Part shown: one piece after another, positions 1-13,475 of the stretch | Layout: each line of letters opens with the position of its first letter | Numbering within the stretch: the first letter of the stretch is position 1 | NCBI GenBank assembly: GCA_965235115.1 | Contig: OZ249441.1 | Coordinates: forward strand, 26,040,001 to 26,104,000 | Direction: 5' to 3' | DNA from: Laetmonice hystrix | Taxonomy: Eukaryota | DNA length: 64,000 nucleotides | Notes under the pieces: model-generated | Databases searched by the model: none | Told to the model about the DNA's origin: nothing | The model's input: only the letters and a program-made list of their open reading frames with translations | Program-made: the position numbers and the translations under genes

Positions 1-3000
1 GCCTTTTGTATGTTTCGTCCGGCTCCCTTTCAAATGCCTTTGCGAAGTCTTTTAGTGGGTTATCATATGTTCCTGGGATTGACAGGCGGGCGAACTTGGT
101 CCTTTCAAAGGGAGGAGTGGATTTGCTGGTTTTGAAATCTTAGTCTTAGGCACCAAATTGGGGGTGAATTTGAGGGGCCGTGTGAGTACACAGGTTAAAC
201 TACCAAAACACAAAGGCGAGGAAGACTGAACAAAGTGGGCAAGAGAGCGATAGGAGCGCATTGGCCGTGTTGCTGACACGATGTCTGGAGTATAGAGAGG
301 ATCGGTTTCAACTCTGCCCGGTGTGGCCAGCCCCGGCCAAACATGACCCGCACACAATGGCGAGCACCCCAGGGGAGGACAAGGCACTCGCCATGACAGC
401 TTAACAGCCTCACAGGCCCACCTCAGAACGTCTTTATTTGCGCGAACCCCAGTTGCCATGTCGGCACACATTTTATGTGCGCCCCGACTCAGTAAAGGGC
501 CTGATTGGTTTTAAGTATGCACCATTGTCGTTGGTGACCGCATCAATCTTGGATGTAATTGTATGAGACTGGCATCATTTTTCGCACTCCATTCATGGCA
601 AGAAATTACAGGTTGCTGTTTGATGTGCCAGGTAAATTGTACAGGAGTTAGACAGCCGTCGTTTTCGTCGGCCAGGGCCTAGTTGTCATTAACTTTGTGT
701 AAGTAAAGGTTTCTTGATGGTTCCCTCCTGATGGCACTGTTGGTTTCCAGCTAGTGCGGAGCCCGGAGCGCGTTTGAACGAACCCAGTGACAGTTCACCA
801 ACGTGGCAAAGCCATGTTGGAACGCGGGTAACGGCACATTGGATGCTGTCTCCAAGTGCTCAAATGAGCATCCCGCTTCGGAGAAATCACAGGCTGAACT
901 TGGACGCACCTAAACGACCCCGTGCCACACTCAATCCTTAAGAGTCTCATTCCGCAGTTGGCCTCTAAAAGTTTACAGAGAAACGGTCAGTTTTCCTTGA
1001 ACTTTTCTGTGAAAAAAAAATGTGGTAAAACATCACACAGTTTTTCTGAGAAGGCTTGCAATGAGCCAAAAGGTGGTCGACAAGGGGACCGCTTGTCATT
1101 TACTTTAAAGAGGACAATAGATGACGCTTCCTTGTGAAATTTCTAATGGCGATAATGTACACAGTTTGTGTGTGAATAAGGGACTTAAACACCTGAAGAT
1201 TTTCATGATATTTTCGACCACACTGACAACTTGTCTCAATGGGGGCAGACACCGCTATAGTGCGGTGAACTGCCCCAGGCTCTCCACCAAGACTTAAAAG
1301 TGATTGCCAAGTATTGTAGTGAACCGAGCCAAAGTCACGTCTCATTTTTATCAGGATTTGGGCACGGAGGCACCTTTCATGAAGTTATCCATTACGTTTA
1401 GAGTGGGTTAACGTAGCTCGCTCACTGGGAGTGATCATTGGATGAGACTGTAGACTATATGAATCCTAGGAATGCGAGACTGATTGCGAGACCACCATTG
1501 TTGCGGACAGTCCAGGATCCGCCTAGACCCCAATCTAATCCTCATTTTACCGGTGGCCTCTTGACTTGGGAATCCAGCACGGGCGTGGCTCCAGGCTGAG
1601 ATATTCATCCATGCAGATTTCTTCAATCTCCGCATGGGATTTACAGAGTCCCCCAGTGGTTCACGGCATGCCTGCTCCTGGCTGGTTTGTTGTTAGAATG
1701 ATGTTGTTTAGGTCTCGGAGTAGCAGAATAAGGTGAGATGATATGCAGGTGCAGACAAGCATTTAAGGAATCCTGGCTGGTGCCAAGGCGTGATGAAGAT
1801 TTTCGCAGCAGAGTTAGGCTCGGTTTACCTGGCTGACACGGCGACTGGCGGGGCCCTGATCGGCCGAGGTAGGGGATACAGGATAATGGGCAAGGGATGC
1901 CGCCGGGATAAAGGATCATTGGGCGGGATAAACAAGCAACAAACCGGCCCGACTTGGTGTCGGGAGGTGGAACAAGGAATGAGGCGGCTGCAAAACGAGT
2001 CACGGGGTTCAGGCTTTCGTTTGAGCCAGTAATCCCCTTTTGAGCATAACATCCCAGGCATGTGATGTATGCTCCCACGCAAAAAAAGAGCTGAACTTTA
2101 TATGGGATGCAGCCCCCGACTTCCAATACACATGATGGTTACACAGGTTTCTATGGAGTATCTTAAATTACGTTTAGACATAGGCTAGTGGTTGTTTACG
2201 TTCGACCAGTCACGTGCAGGTTTTCAAATGTTTTGATCATGAAATGTCACAATATAAATGTATGGATAAACAATATTCCTGCACAGATCACTCTTTTAAA
2301 GGTGCTATTCGTCTCGCACAGAATGGCATTTCTCCTATCATACATTGTGCACATAGTACTAGAAAAAATTCCTACCGATACCATTGGCCTGATAAACCTT
2401 CTATTAGTTTGTGTGCAGCATTTGAAACCTATCTCGGTGCGCACCGAGATAGAGCCTTTTCCTATGGTGGGGCGTGTCAGGGTCTCCACAGGCCTTCTGA
2501 GAGAGCCCCATTTGTGCCGTTATCCATGAAAAATTTTGATTTCCTTTGTTGTGAATCTATTTCCATGATAGGTGGGATCACATAAACGTCAACAAGATTG
2601 AAAATAAAAAAATTGAATTTTTGTTCACGAATAGCACCTTTAAGGGATCAATCTTCTAATAAAGTTAGGAAAGAGCTGCAAGATGTTCTCAACCTTGTGC
2701 TGAGGTCAGCCGCGTGGTTATTTTGCAAGTTATTGAAGAACTTCTGGCGAAATTTACATAAACTTTGTTTAGTTTTGTAAACCTCGAATCGCATTTCAAC
2801 TTTTACCTGATGTCAAATTCAATAGACTGCCTTGAAAGCTTGTTGATGGATCTGCGGGCGAGACTTCGTGAATTAGACACGGAAAATTAGAATTGGAATT
2901 TCCTACATTGATTTTTATGGCGACTGTGGGAACATTTAACAAAGTACACGTTCATATGCGTTGAATATTCAGTTCATTGTTTAATGAATAAATTGTAGTA

Positions 3001-3116
3001 GACATGAGGGCATGAAGTATGGAACGCTGACCTCTCGAGGTCGTCGAAACGCCTTGAAATCTGACAAGATGGTGGAGAGGGATGGTTTTTTTCATTAGTG
3101 TGAGAAGTTATGGCGG

Positions 3117-3263
3117 AGAAAGTCCTGTCATGAGTGTAAGACGATGTATAGTTCAGGGACAGAAAGTCATGTCATGAGTGTAAGACGATGTATAGTTCAG
3201 GGACAGAAAGTCATGTCATGAGTGTAAGACGATGTATAGTTCAGGGACAGAAAGTCCTGTCAT
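3117..3263. repeat. 44-bp tandem repeat, about 3.3 copies
   Basis: Unit GAAAGTC(C/A)TGTCATGAGTGTAAGACGATGTATAGTTCAGGGACA, period 44 (3121, 3165, 3209). Confidence 0.95.
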
Positions 3264-3277
3264 CGCTGTGAGAAGAT

Positions 3278-4736
3278 GGTGTCCTGGCGAGCCTCCTGCA
3301 CACACCAGTTGCAGGTGTCCTAGCGAACCTACTGAACACACCCACAGTTGGTGTCCCGGCGAGCCACCTGAACACACCAGTTGGTGTCCTGACGAGCCAC
3401 CTGAACACACCAGTTGGTGTCCTGGCGAGCCACCTGAACACACGTGTCCTGACGAGCCACCTGAACACACCAGTTGGTGTCCTGGCGTGCCACCTGAACA
3501 CACCAGTTGGTGTCCTGGCGTGCAACCTGAACACACCAGTTGGTGTCCTGACGAGCCACCTGAACACACCAGTTGGTGTCCTGGCGAGCCACCTGAACAC
3601 ACGTGTCCTGACGAGCCACCTGAACACACCAGTTGGTGTCCTGGCGTGCCACCTGAACACACCAGTTGGTGTCCTGGCGTGCCACCTGAACACACCAGTA
3701 GGTGTCCTGGCGTGCCACCTGAACACACCAGTTGGTGTCCTGGCGTGCCACCTGAACACACCAGTTGGTGTCCTGACGAGCCACCTGAACACACGTGTCC
3801 TGACGAGCCACCTGAACACACCAGTTGGTGTCCTGGCGTGCCACCTGAACACACCAGTTGGTGTCCTGGCGTGCAACCTGAACACACCAGTTGGTGTCCT
3901 GGCGTGCCACCTGAACACACCAGTTGGTGTCCTTGCGAGCCACCTGAACACACCAGTTGGTGTCCTGGCGTGCAACCTGAACACACCAGTTGGTGTCCTG
4001 GCGAGCCACCTGAACACACCAGTTGGTGTCCTTGCGAGCCACCTGAACACACCAGTTGGTGTCCTGGCGTGCAACCTGAACACACCAGTTGGTGTCCTGG
4101 CGTGCCACCTGAACACACCAGTTGGTGTCCTGGCGTGCCACCTGAACACACCAGTTGGTGTCCTGACGAGCCACCTGAACACACGTGTCCTGACGAGCCA
4201 CCTGAACACACCAGTTGGTGTCCTGGCGTGCCACCTGAACACACCAGTTGGTGTCCTGGCGTGCAACCTGAACACACCAGTTGGTGTCCTGGCGTGCCAC
4301 CTGAACACACCAGTTGGTGTCCTGGCGTGCCACCTGAACACACCAGTTGGTGTCCTGGCGTGCCACCTGAACACACCAGTTGGTGTCCTAACAAGCCACC
4401 TGAACACACCAGTTGGTGTCCTGGCGTGCCACCTGAACACACCAGTTGGTGTCCTGGCGTGCCACCTGAACACACCAGTTAGTGTCCTGGCGTGCCACCT
4501 GAACACACCAGTTGGTGTCCTGGCGTGCCACCTGAACACACCAGTTAGTGTCCTGGCGTGCCACCTGAACACACCAGTTGGTGTCCTGACGAGCCACCTG
4601 AACACACGTGTCCTGACGAGCCGTCTGAACACACCAGTTAGTGTCCTGGCGTGCCACCTGAACACACCAGTTGGTGTCCTGGCGAGCCTCCTGCGTACAC
4701 CAGTTGCTGTCTCGCCGAGCCACATGAACCCACCAA
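3278..4736. repeat. 33-bp GC-rich minisatellite, about 44 copies, with a recurrent 27-bp deletion variant
   Basis: Unit GGTGTCCTGGCGTGCCACCTGAACACACCAGTT. The 27-bp variant lacking CAGTTG occurs five times (near 3437, 3597, 3787, 4177, 4601). Edge units are degenerate. It explains the 345-494 aa ORFs on both strands. Confidence 0.97.
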
Positions 4737-7139
4737 TGAATGGTACCCAACCAGGCGGACCCCATATTGCCTACAACTGCCGTTTTAGGCAGGGCCATCA
4801 GTATCGAAGTTATCTTTGTAAAGACTGGATGGCATTCCTTACGTCAGCCATGGACAGCAGAGATGGGGTTAGTTCAAGTCGATCCCTCTCTCTCTCTCTC
4901 CCCTTCCCCAATTTATCAGAATACGTGTCCCGTCTCTTCAAGTCAGCTCCAAGCCATATCTTGACGTCCCTGATATGAGGGGGAAAAAGTGCCTGAAAAA
5001 ATGGCGATATCATCGGGGCTATCAGGCGGGTGGGTCCCCAAGGGAGTGAGCATATGAGCTAATCAGCGTAGCTAAAGAATGGATGACAAAAGGAACTATA
5101 TGTCGGCAGCTTCTCTTACAGCCCTTGACATATCAATTTAAACCTTTGATAAACCTGATGTTGCGACCCAGGATAGCAAAAATTCACGATGTATCAGCAG
5201 GGGCTCGTAGCGTTAAGACAGTAGGTGGTAGGTATCTGTTTTCATATATAAAGGCTGAGATAAGACTCAAGTATGTACTGATTAAACAGAAAAGAAAACA
5301 TTCACAAAACAACAATGACAGCAAATTTGTGAAGATAAACTTTGTGTCATTGATAGATTGAGCGTATTTTTATTACTACCCCCGAGATAGCGATGTTGTT
5401 TTGGCTCATTGATTTTTAACGGACTTGCGTATTGTTCCTGGACCGATTGATGTTGATCAAGGCAGACAGACCGTCGTGGCCACATTTCATGCTATTTCCA
5501 AAATTGGTCGGGGTGTTTTTTTTTATCCAGGCTCAGAATTGCATGATGTGTTACTATTAAATCCAAAAATTCTTACAATTTGATGATTGTGCGCAGATTA
5601 GGTTAAGGAATAAAATATTATTTTCTTTTGATGAAGTTTGGAATTAAACGTATCAGTAAGTCCTCCTGGAATTACCGAAAAGCCTGTGTGGTTTGTCACA
5701 ATTTAGAACTGCTGGGTTGAATAAATATTTTGGTGCATGTGACTGACTGGAAGCCTGACAAAATATGAAAGAGATAAGAGCGTTTCCCTGTCTGTCTCCT
5801 CAGCATATTTTTAAGTGTCTGGTTGCCAAAGGCCTGGAGCTGGGCTTGAGCTTGCTCTGCCTTGAATATTTCAATCCTAGTGCAGGTTGGTGGTTCTAGA
5901 TACATGGGGCCTCTAAACGAAAACTAGGGATTACCTTGAAGATATTTCTTGCTGATGTGGTGTTACGAACGTCGGTTTCGGTATTGGTCGCGGAATCAAC
6001 GCTGTCATATAAACCAGTGTTTACTAATTCCCCAGCGAATTAGCGTTTAGAATTGGATAACATCGTAGAAACGCTTAACGTTTTTAAAGGTAACCGTTCT
6101 AATGCTCATTTCATGGCTCAACATCAGAGCGAAACAACTTGTCTCTCAAAGACATTGATTGGTATGCCCGACCACGTCTGCCCGACCAGGTCTTAGCGAC
6201 TGGCTGTATAAAAGAACCTTTGCCATTATCGATAGAGAAGTAGAGTACATTGTATTAACCCCGGTTGTCCTCGTCATCATCCCCCGACTGAAGTCATTGA
6301 TGAACTGAATACTTTCACAATGACGCCCTCCCACTCCAGAGGTTGTCGTCGTATTCAAACGTCTTTATCATCATGTGGCAGAAGAAAAAAGAAGAGGAGT
6401 TGACCTGGCATGTCTGTGACCTTCTGTTACAAATGGTCTTGGGCCTAACAAGTGGGGATCACTCAGACATCAGTCGACCAACGTATGTCGGTCGTCTGCT
6501 TCAGTCAAAACTGACGAAACTGTTTTCTCGCTTTACAAATGTCATCTTATATGCTAATATAGTTATTACATATATGCCGAATACAATATATGAGCTATCG
6601 AGTATTTGTAAACATATATTCTGGATTGTTCCGGTGAAGGGGGTAGAAGTCGGGCGTTTATACTGAAACAGTTAAGAAATGTAGTTTCTGTCTCGAAAGA
6701 TTTTAGAGGCAGATCTAGAAAGAAATAGAGTGGTTGTTCAGCACGCCAGTTGCAGTCAGTTGGGAATGAAATAATCGAAGAACCGTTGCTAGATAATTAT
6801 CGTTCCACTTGGGTGGCTCATGCAACTGAATTGATTTGAGAAGCCACTTTAGGGAAAACATCTATGGCCTTAGATATTCTGTTCTTTTTTAAAAAAGGTA
6901 GGTTTTATCTTTGTCAGCAGAAGTTCGGATGGATTATGATGCTATCTGTAAGGTATGGTGGAGGGAACAACAGAAACATATACGTGGGCTAGATGTCGGT
7001 GTAATCTACATGACAGCCTTTAATATGATTAGATTTACATGATGTTCCAGTACTAAAAACTTGGTTTCTATTTCGATGTGCATTTTGAAATAGGTGTAGC
7101 AGACCAGAAACCTCATATAGAGTGATAGTCGTTGGCATA

Positions 7140-7262
7140 TTCCCCAGTTCTATTCTATTCAATTCTAACTTAACTCATCTACATTTTCACACCTAACGTC
7201 GTCATATATACGCATCAGTGTATTATGGTGCATGATATATTTTAATACGCATTTACTACTAA
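7140..7262 (-). mobile_element. possible 3' tail remnant of a non-LTR retrotransposon
   Basis: The minus strand reads ...GTGAAAATGTAGATGAGTTAAGTTAGAATTGAATAGAATAGAAC, ending in a short (GAATW)n tail like CR1/L2-type 3' ends. No coding part is visible; the call rests on resemblance only. Confidence 0.25.
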
Positions 7263-7411
7263 CTCTATTACTAACTTTTTGGCAATTTTTTGTAGCCGCC
7301 GACCAGTAACAGGTCAGATGGTCACATCACTCACTGATTGTATGTCCCGACCAAGGTGACAAAAAGAGTGGACAGGTCAGCGTACTTGATGATAAACTCT
7401 CTAAGGCACTA

Positions 7412-7790
7412 TATTGTTTATTTATATATAGTATTTATTTATAAGGTACAATCGTGCAAGGTAATATGTAATGATATACAAGATGTAACAATACAACTTT
7501 AAATCATATATAGTGTTATGTGCAATTGTAGTAATATTTATAGAACAGATTAACGACCATGCACTTACATGTATTTACTGTCTACATAGCTGGTCTATGA
7601 TTGAACATACTTCGTCCTGTACAAAACCGGCCAGAGTTTTGATACCATCTCGAACATCAATAAGTTCTCTTATAACCTCTGCTATCGTAGTAACAGACGA
7701 TTCAGCTGTCTGGTGGTCAGAATTGACATACGTCTGCGGGTTATGTGAGTGCAACTTTCGCATCTTTCACGAATAGACATAGCTATCAGA
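7412..7790 (-). mobile_element. 5'-truncated LINE (CR1/L2-like) 3' end: ORF2 C-terminus, 3' UTR and A-rich tail
   Basis: Minus ORF 7575-7763 ends AEVIRELIDVRDGIKTLAGFVQDEVCSIIDQLCRQ*, resembling the IREL..RDG....DE...IID.LC tail I recall after the RT domain of invertebrate CR1/L2-group elements. It is followed by an AT-rich UTR ending AAATAAATACTATATATAAATAAACAATA. Confidence 0.55.
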
Positions 7791-10700
7791 AACTGGTGTT
7801 CTGGGAAGGCATTCACGGAGGGTCGTCGCAATGGGAGGTGAGCTCGGGAGGTTCGGGTCTATTGTGGATATGGAAAGCCAATAACGTACTGGAATAGGCC
7901 TTATTTTGGAACAGGTAAAGTCTCGACGAAAAAGGTCAAAATTCTTAAGATATGATTGGCCTGCATGAAAACTAACAGGAATGACGGCAAACCCACAAAC
8001 TGTGTTTAAAAGTTTAAGGGGACGGGGCCTATAGAGCGGTCATACAGTGCTCGTTTGTTGATCAACATACCACAAACAGTGCAGCATGCGCGCCAAGGGC
8101 CCCCTCCCCCCTTATAATAACGTCATCATGAATGAAACGTGGAGATTATCAGAACCATATGAGAAGAGGTCATTCAAGGATTTTCCTTGATATTTGACTT
8201 ATAAGAGGTTTGAGTCGGTGTCATAGTTTTTACCAATTAAAGCAAATCTTGGGGTTAATACGGAAAGGTGTGATAGCTACAGTTGACATGGTGCATAATT
8301 CACGTCCTTAAACTCTGACCCCCAGCGATCCCGTCGAATTCGAGACATGTTTTTAATCAGAAATATTTAAAAAGTAGTAAAATTCATATTACTACACCGC
8401 GTTGTTCTCTCCTTCTGGATTATTTTACGAATGCGAAACCTCTTTCACGAAAACATCGATCACTCATTCTTCTCTATCAATCATCGGATCTACTCATTAA
8501 TAATAGGGTTACTATTGCATTTCATTTTTAAATTTTGTGAATGCCATTTGACATGGTACACCAAATAATAGTATAAATTTAAAATCACATGGAAAAAATA
8601 AAAGAGGTGAAAGAGAAACTGTGTCAAGCCATGTGTAGTTACTGGCAGCTTGAAACGATTTAGAAATATTTCCTGATACAGCACGACATACTTAACATTT
8701 CAGTCCAGAAAAAGATTGCGGACAAGAACATGCACCAGCGCTGTAAAGTGGTCCGCATGTGGGGTATGTTTTCTTTAAGGTTGTTGATCGTAACATATAT
8801 TCGGTCCTCTCTGTGTGATGGAATGCTAGAAATTGTCAGTAGGGGCTGTGAGCGTGGAGAGCCTTTGAACTGTGGCTGGTGTCTAACCCGGCTGTCTGCC
8901 GCGTCATTTATACACCATAGGCACGGTTCACACAGGAATCAAGCGGGCCGCCACCGGCCACACACCGGGGTGGCAGCAAACACTTGACAATAGGATCACA
9001 ATGGCTACGGATCACAGACTGCCGACCAGCATCGCCCGGCCCACAGGGCTGGTCGTCCCCTGCCGGTAAATGGCATGTCAACACGACTGTGGAGGGAGCC
9101 AGTTTGACCGGGATCATTCCCCCCCCCCCCGAAACTCCAGAGCGCCCCCCCCCCCCCACCATCTACCCCACCGTACCTGACTGGCTGATAATAATACATG
9201 TGGATCTACCAGGTTATAAAAGTTGAGTATGAAAGAGGAGGGCCTGGCGCCATTGATATGGACACTGTCTATAGCCAATAACTGGGCCTGTCCGCATCAG
9301 TGTAACCATGGGTAATCGTCAGTGTAACTATTAGTAACCAATCAGTTAGCTTGAGCCCAAGTCATCATCATTAAGTTCCGCCCGGACAAGTAGACTAGCT
9401 GTCCCCAGACGACGGTTGGATGAATGCTCGGAGTGGTCTGTCGGTCGGACACGAGTGATTGCTATCCCGTCAGTCGGGGCCTAGACCCATTGAGCTACCA
9501 CCGACCTGGACACGTCGTGACCAGACACTGTGAGCAACGAGACTGCTGTGAGGTAAAGACATAAAGTACCATCTTGCCGATGATTCGTCTCAACTATAGC
9601 TCAGCTGTTTATGTCTTTGATGGCGTATCCTGTAACGTCTGGTGATATTTGGGTTGTTTTGTCCAGTGTGGTCTCTGCGCTTGCCAAGGATCCGTACATG
9701 ATATGCTGAAACTATTAACGTGATTATAATAAATTATGCCCGACCTGGCGTATCGCAGGTACCCTTTAGGGTTTTCTGCTCCATTCCCACATTATTTATA
9801 TACGCAAACAAACAAACGAAAAAAAAAAAGAAATAGAGAGAGGGGGCCTGGAAAAATGTGGTTTACAGTCGAGAGAAAAATCCCCTGATGCAATATTTAT
9901 GTCAACTTCAAAGTCTAGTTTTATTTATTAAGCCCTAAATTTATGTGTGTGCGATTTTTGTTATTCCATGAAATCCGTGAGTCATAAAAGTGATGACTAG
10001 AGACAAGCCTCTGGTTGTACATTATAGATAGTTTTGACAGCTAGGGCTCCCTTGGCAAGCAACATGGCATCTAACTTGGTGTGGTTTGATGCTTTACCAA
10101 AATGTCAACGCTAATTATTCCCGTCACTGTTGGTTGTTATAGCGCTCTCGGCCTGATTTTCTGGGGGTTGTCGGGAGGTGTGGGACCCGAGGTAAGGGGG
10201 TTCTTGGGGTCGCACGGCAAGCAGCCCATGGTCATAATATTATATAGGCCCAGGAAATAGCGGGTCAGCCATTCACGTGTTAACTAGCACGGATCGGTGA
10301 GCCATATATCCAAATATAAGTTACCTAGTGGATATTGCATGACGGCTCGAGGGCCAGATTGTGGTATGCCGTGATAATATGTGTAAGGCGAAGCCGAGGG
10401 TTTATACGGCATAACACCGTCTCACTGGCGGGTCCAGGATTTTGTAACGGGGGCTAGACAGGGGGCTAGCTATAGATCGACCGTCTAAACAAAGTACGTT
10501 ATGGCGGCCGATGACGCACTGCACTATGGGATCTGGGGTAAATATCTCCAGAAAATGTTAATGAAAGCAAGTCAACATGGAATTTTAAGCCGCGAAGGAC
10601 CCCATTGTAGCCAGTTGGGGAACTTTAACCACAGAGTCAATCGTCGAACATTGTCAAGGGCAGTGGCGAACATTCAATTCGCGTACACAGTTCCCTGACG

Positions 10701-11690
10701 CAGGCATCGACCCCCTATACCGACCCCCACCGAACTTTTACACTGTCGGAACGTTTCAAGTGTGACCCCAGGTCAGTATAATTGAAGTCAGGGCGGGTGT
10801 CGTCCTCCGATCTGGGACTGTTTGCCGTCCCTCCCACCGCGCGCTCGGCACCAAGCCGGCATCATCCAGTGACACTCAGACATAACAACAGAAATTCAAT
10901 TTTTATACACGTCAACACCAGGGGCTAATTTAGATAGATAAAAAAGGAAGGGAGGAGGGGACTGACACATTTTGCAGTTAGGAGTTACCATGGCATAGAA
11001 AGTATTGGTTCTCAGTGCGGCCCCAATTATGCTGATACGTTTAACCTTCGTTGTTTACGCTGTAATGACTTGATCTCAGGTTTTGAATGCCTAATAAAAT
11101 AGTCCTTTCATGATGACTAAATTAAACCAAGCGATGACCTTCAAAGATACGGAGATTGATTTGGTCGTAATCTGGTGGTTTATGTGTCCAACGATGTGTT
11201 TTTGCCTTATGTGGCCTATAAAAACATAATCTCTACCGAGGCGGTATATTAAGTGGAATTCGATTTGAAAATGCAATGAAAGAGCATCGAGTGGTCTCTG
11301 AAAAGGGTAAGATCTTTTCTCTCTTGTAAGAAAAGAACGCCTCCTACCAGGTTAAATCAGTTGAAAGGACATAGATTCCTGTCACTTGATCTGTGACAGC
11401 CCTTACAGAGCAAACATTTTCTGTGGGATTCGGTCTATAGAAAAGTCTGCCCTTGCCATAGAGAAGAGCTTACATGGCTTAGACGATAAGGCAGTGCATT
11501 ACCTTGTGTGGGTGGGACAGTCTGGTGGCAGAGTCTTCCAGTCAAATATAAATCAGATGAGAGGTTTAGAGTCCAGTCTTATATTATAGGACGGACATAA
11601 CACAGCAGTGGTAACAGGATTCTGGCATTTCTCCAGTCCTATATCTGATGGACTTTACACAGACCTGGTGGCAGCTAGATTCAAGCCAAT

Positions 11691-13475
11691 TCCAGGCCTG
11701 TGTGACGGACTGAATACTGACCCAAGTCCAGGCCTGTGTGACGGACTGACTACTGACCCAAGTCCAGGCCTGTGTGACGGATTGGATACTGGCCCAGTCC
11801 ATGCCTGTGTGACGGACTGACTACTGACCCAAGTCCAGACCTGTGTGACGGATTGGATACTGGTCCAGTCCATGCCTGTGTGACGGACTGACTACTGATC
11901 CAAGTCCAGGGCTGTGTGACGGATTGGATACGGGCCCAGTCCATGCCTGTGTGACGGACTGACTACTGACCCAAGTCCATGCCTGTGTGACGGACTGACT
12001 ACTGACCCAAGTCCAGGCCTGTGTGACGGATTGGATACTGGTCCAGTCCATGCCTGTGTGACGGACTGACTACTGACCCAAGTCCAGGGCTGTGTGACGG
12101 ATTGGATACTGGTCCAGTCCATGCCTGTGTGACGGACTGACTACTGACCCAAGTCCAGGCCTGTGTGACGGATTGGATACTGGTCCAGTCCATGCCTGTG
12201 TGACGGACTGACTACTGACCCAAGTCCAGGCCTGTGTGACGGATTGGATACTGGTCCAGTCCATGCCTGTGTGACGGACTGACTACTGACCCAAGTCGAG
12301 ACCTGTGTGACGGACTGACTACTGACCCAAGTCCAGGGCTGTGTGACGGATTGGATACTGGTCCAGTCCACACCTGTGTGACGGACTGACTACTGACCCA
12401 AGTCCAGGGCTGTGTGACGGATTGGATACTGGTCCAGTCCATACCTGTGTGACGGACTGACTACTGACCCAAGTCGAGACCTGTGTGACGAATTGGATAC
12501 TGGCCCAGTCCATGCTGTGTCCAGGGCTGTGTGACGGATTGGATACGGGCCCAGTCCATGCATATGTGACGGACTGACTACTGACCCAAGTCCATGCCTG
12601 TGTGACGGACTGAATACTGACCCAAGTCCAGGCCTGTGTGACGGATTGGATACTGGCCCAGTCCAGGCCTGTGTGACGGACTGACTACTGACTCAAGTCC
12701 AGGCCTGTGTGACGGACTGACTACTGACCCAAGTCCAGACCTGTGTGACGGATCGGATACTGGCCCAGTCCATGCCTGTGTGACGGACTGACTACTGACC
12801 CAAGTCCAGACCTGTGTGACGGATTGGATACTGGCCCAGTCCAGGCCTGTGTGACGGACTGAATACTGACCCAAGTCCAGGGCTGTGGGACGGATTGGAT
12901 ATCTGGCCCAGTCCATGCCTGTGTGACGGACTGACTACTGACCCAAGTCCAGGGCTGTGTGACGGATTGGATACTGGCCCAGTCCATACCTGTGTGACGG
13001 ACTGACTACTGACCCAAGTCCAGGGCTGTGGGACGGATTGGATACTGGCTCAAGTCCAGACCTATGTGACGGACTGAATACTGACCCAAGTCCAGGGCTG
13101 TGGGACGGATTGGATATCTGGCCCAGTCCATGCCTGTGTGACGGACTGACTACTGACCCAAGTCCAGGGCTGTGGGACGGATTGGATATCTGGCCCAGTC
13201 CATGCCTGTGTGACGGACTGACTACTGACCCAAGTCCAGGGCTGTGTGACGGATTGGATACTGGCCCAGTCCATACCTGTGTGACGGACTGACTACTGAC
13301 CCAAGTCCAGGGCTGTGGGACGGATTGGATACTGGCCCAAGTCCAGACCTTTGTGGCGGATATGAATCCAAATCTAGGCCTGTGTGACGGATAATGACCG
13401 AAATCTAGTCCTGTCCGACAGACTTGATACTGATACAAGTCCAGGCCTGTGTGACGGATATGAACTCAAGTCCAG
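11691..13475. repeat. minisatellite of alternating 36-bp (A) and 35-bp (B) units forming a 71-bp higher-order dimer
   Basis: A = TGTGTGACGGACTGACTACTGACCCAAGTCCAGGCC; B = TGTGTGACGGATTGGATACTGGCCCAGTCCATGCC. About 50 monomers, 71-bp periodicity in the ORF track, diverged units at both ends. Confidence 0.97.

Noticed and set aside
1749-1868. Plus-strand exon GADKHLRNPGWCQGVMKIFAAELGSVYLADTATGGALIGR
   Set aside because: The acceptor is weak, there is no recognisable homology, and competing fragments exist on the other strand. The 1-2.9 kb region may be decayed TE sequence, but I could not assign it.
3216-4798. 345-494 aa ORFs as protein-coding genes
   Set aside because: They are pure translations of a 33-bp repeat, open on both strands, with no unique coding flank.
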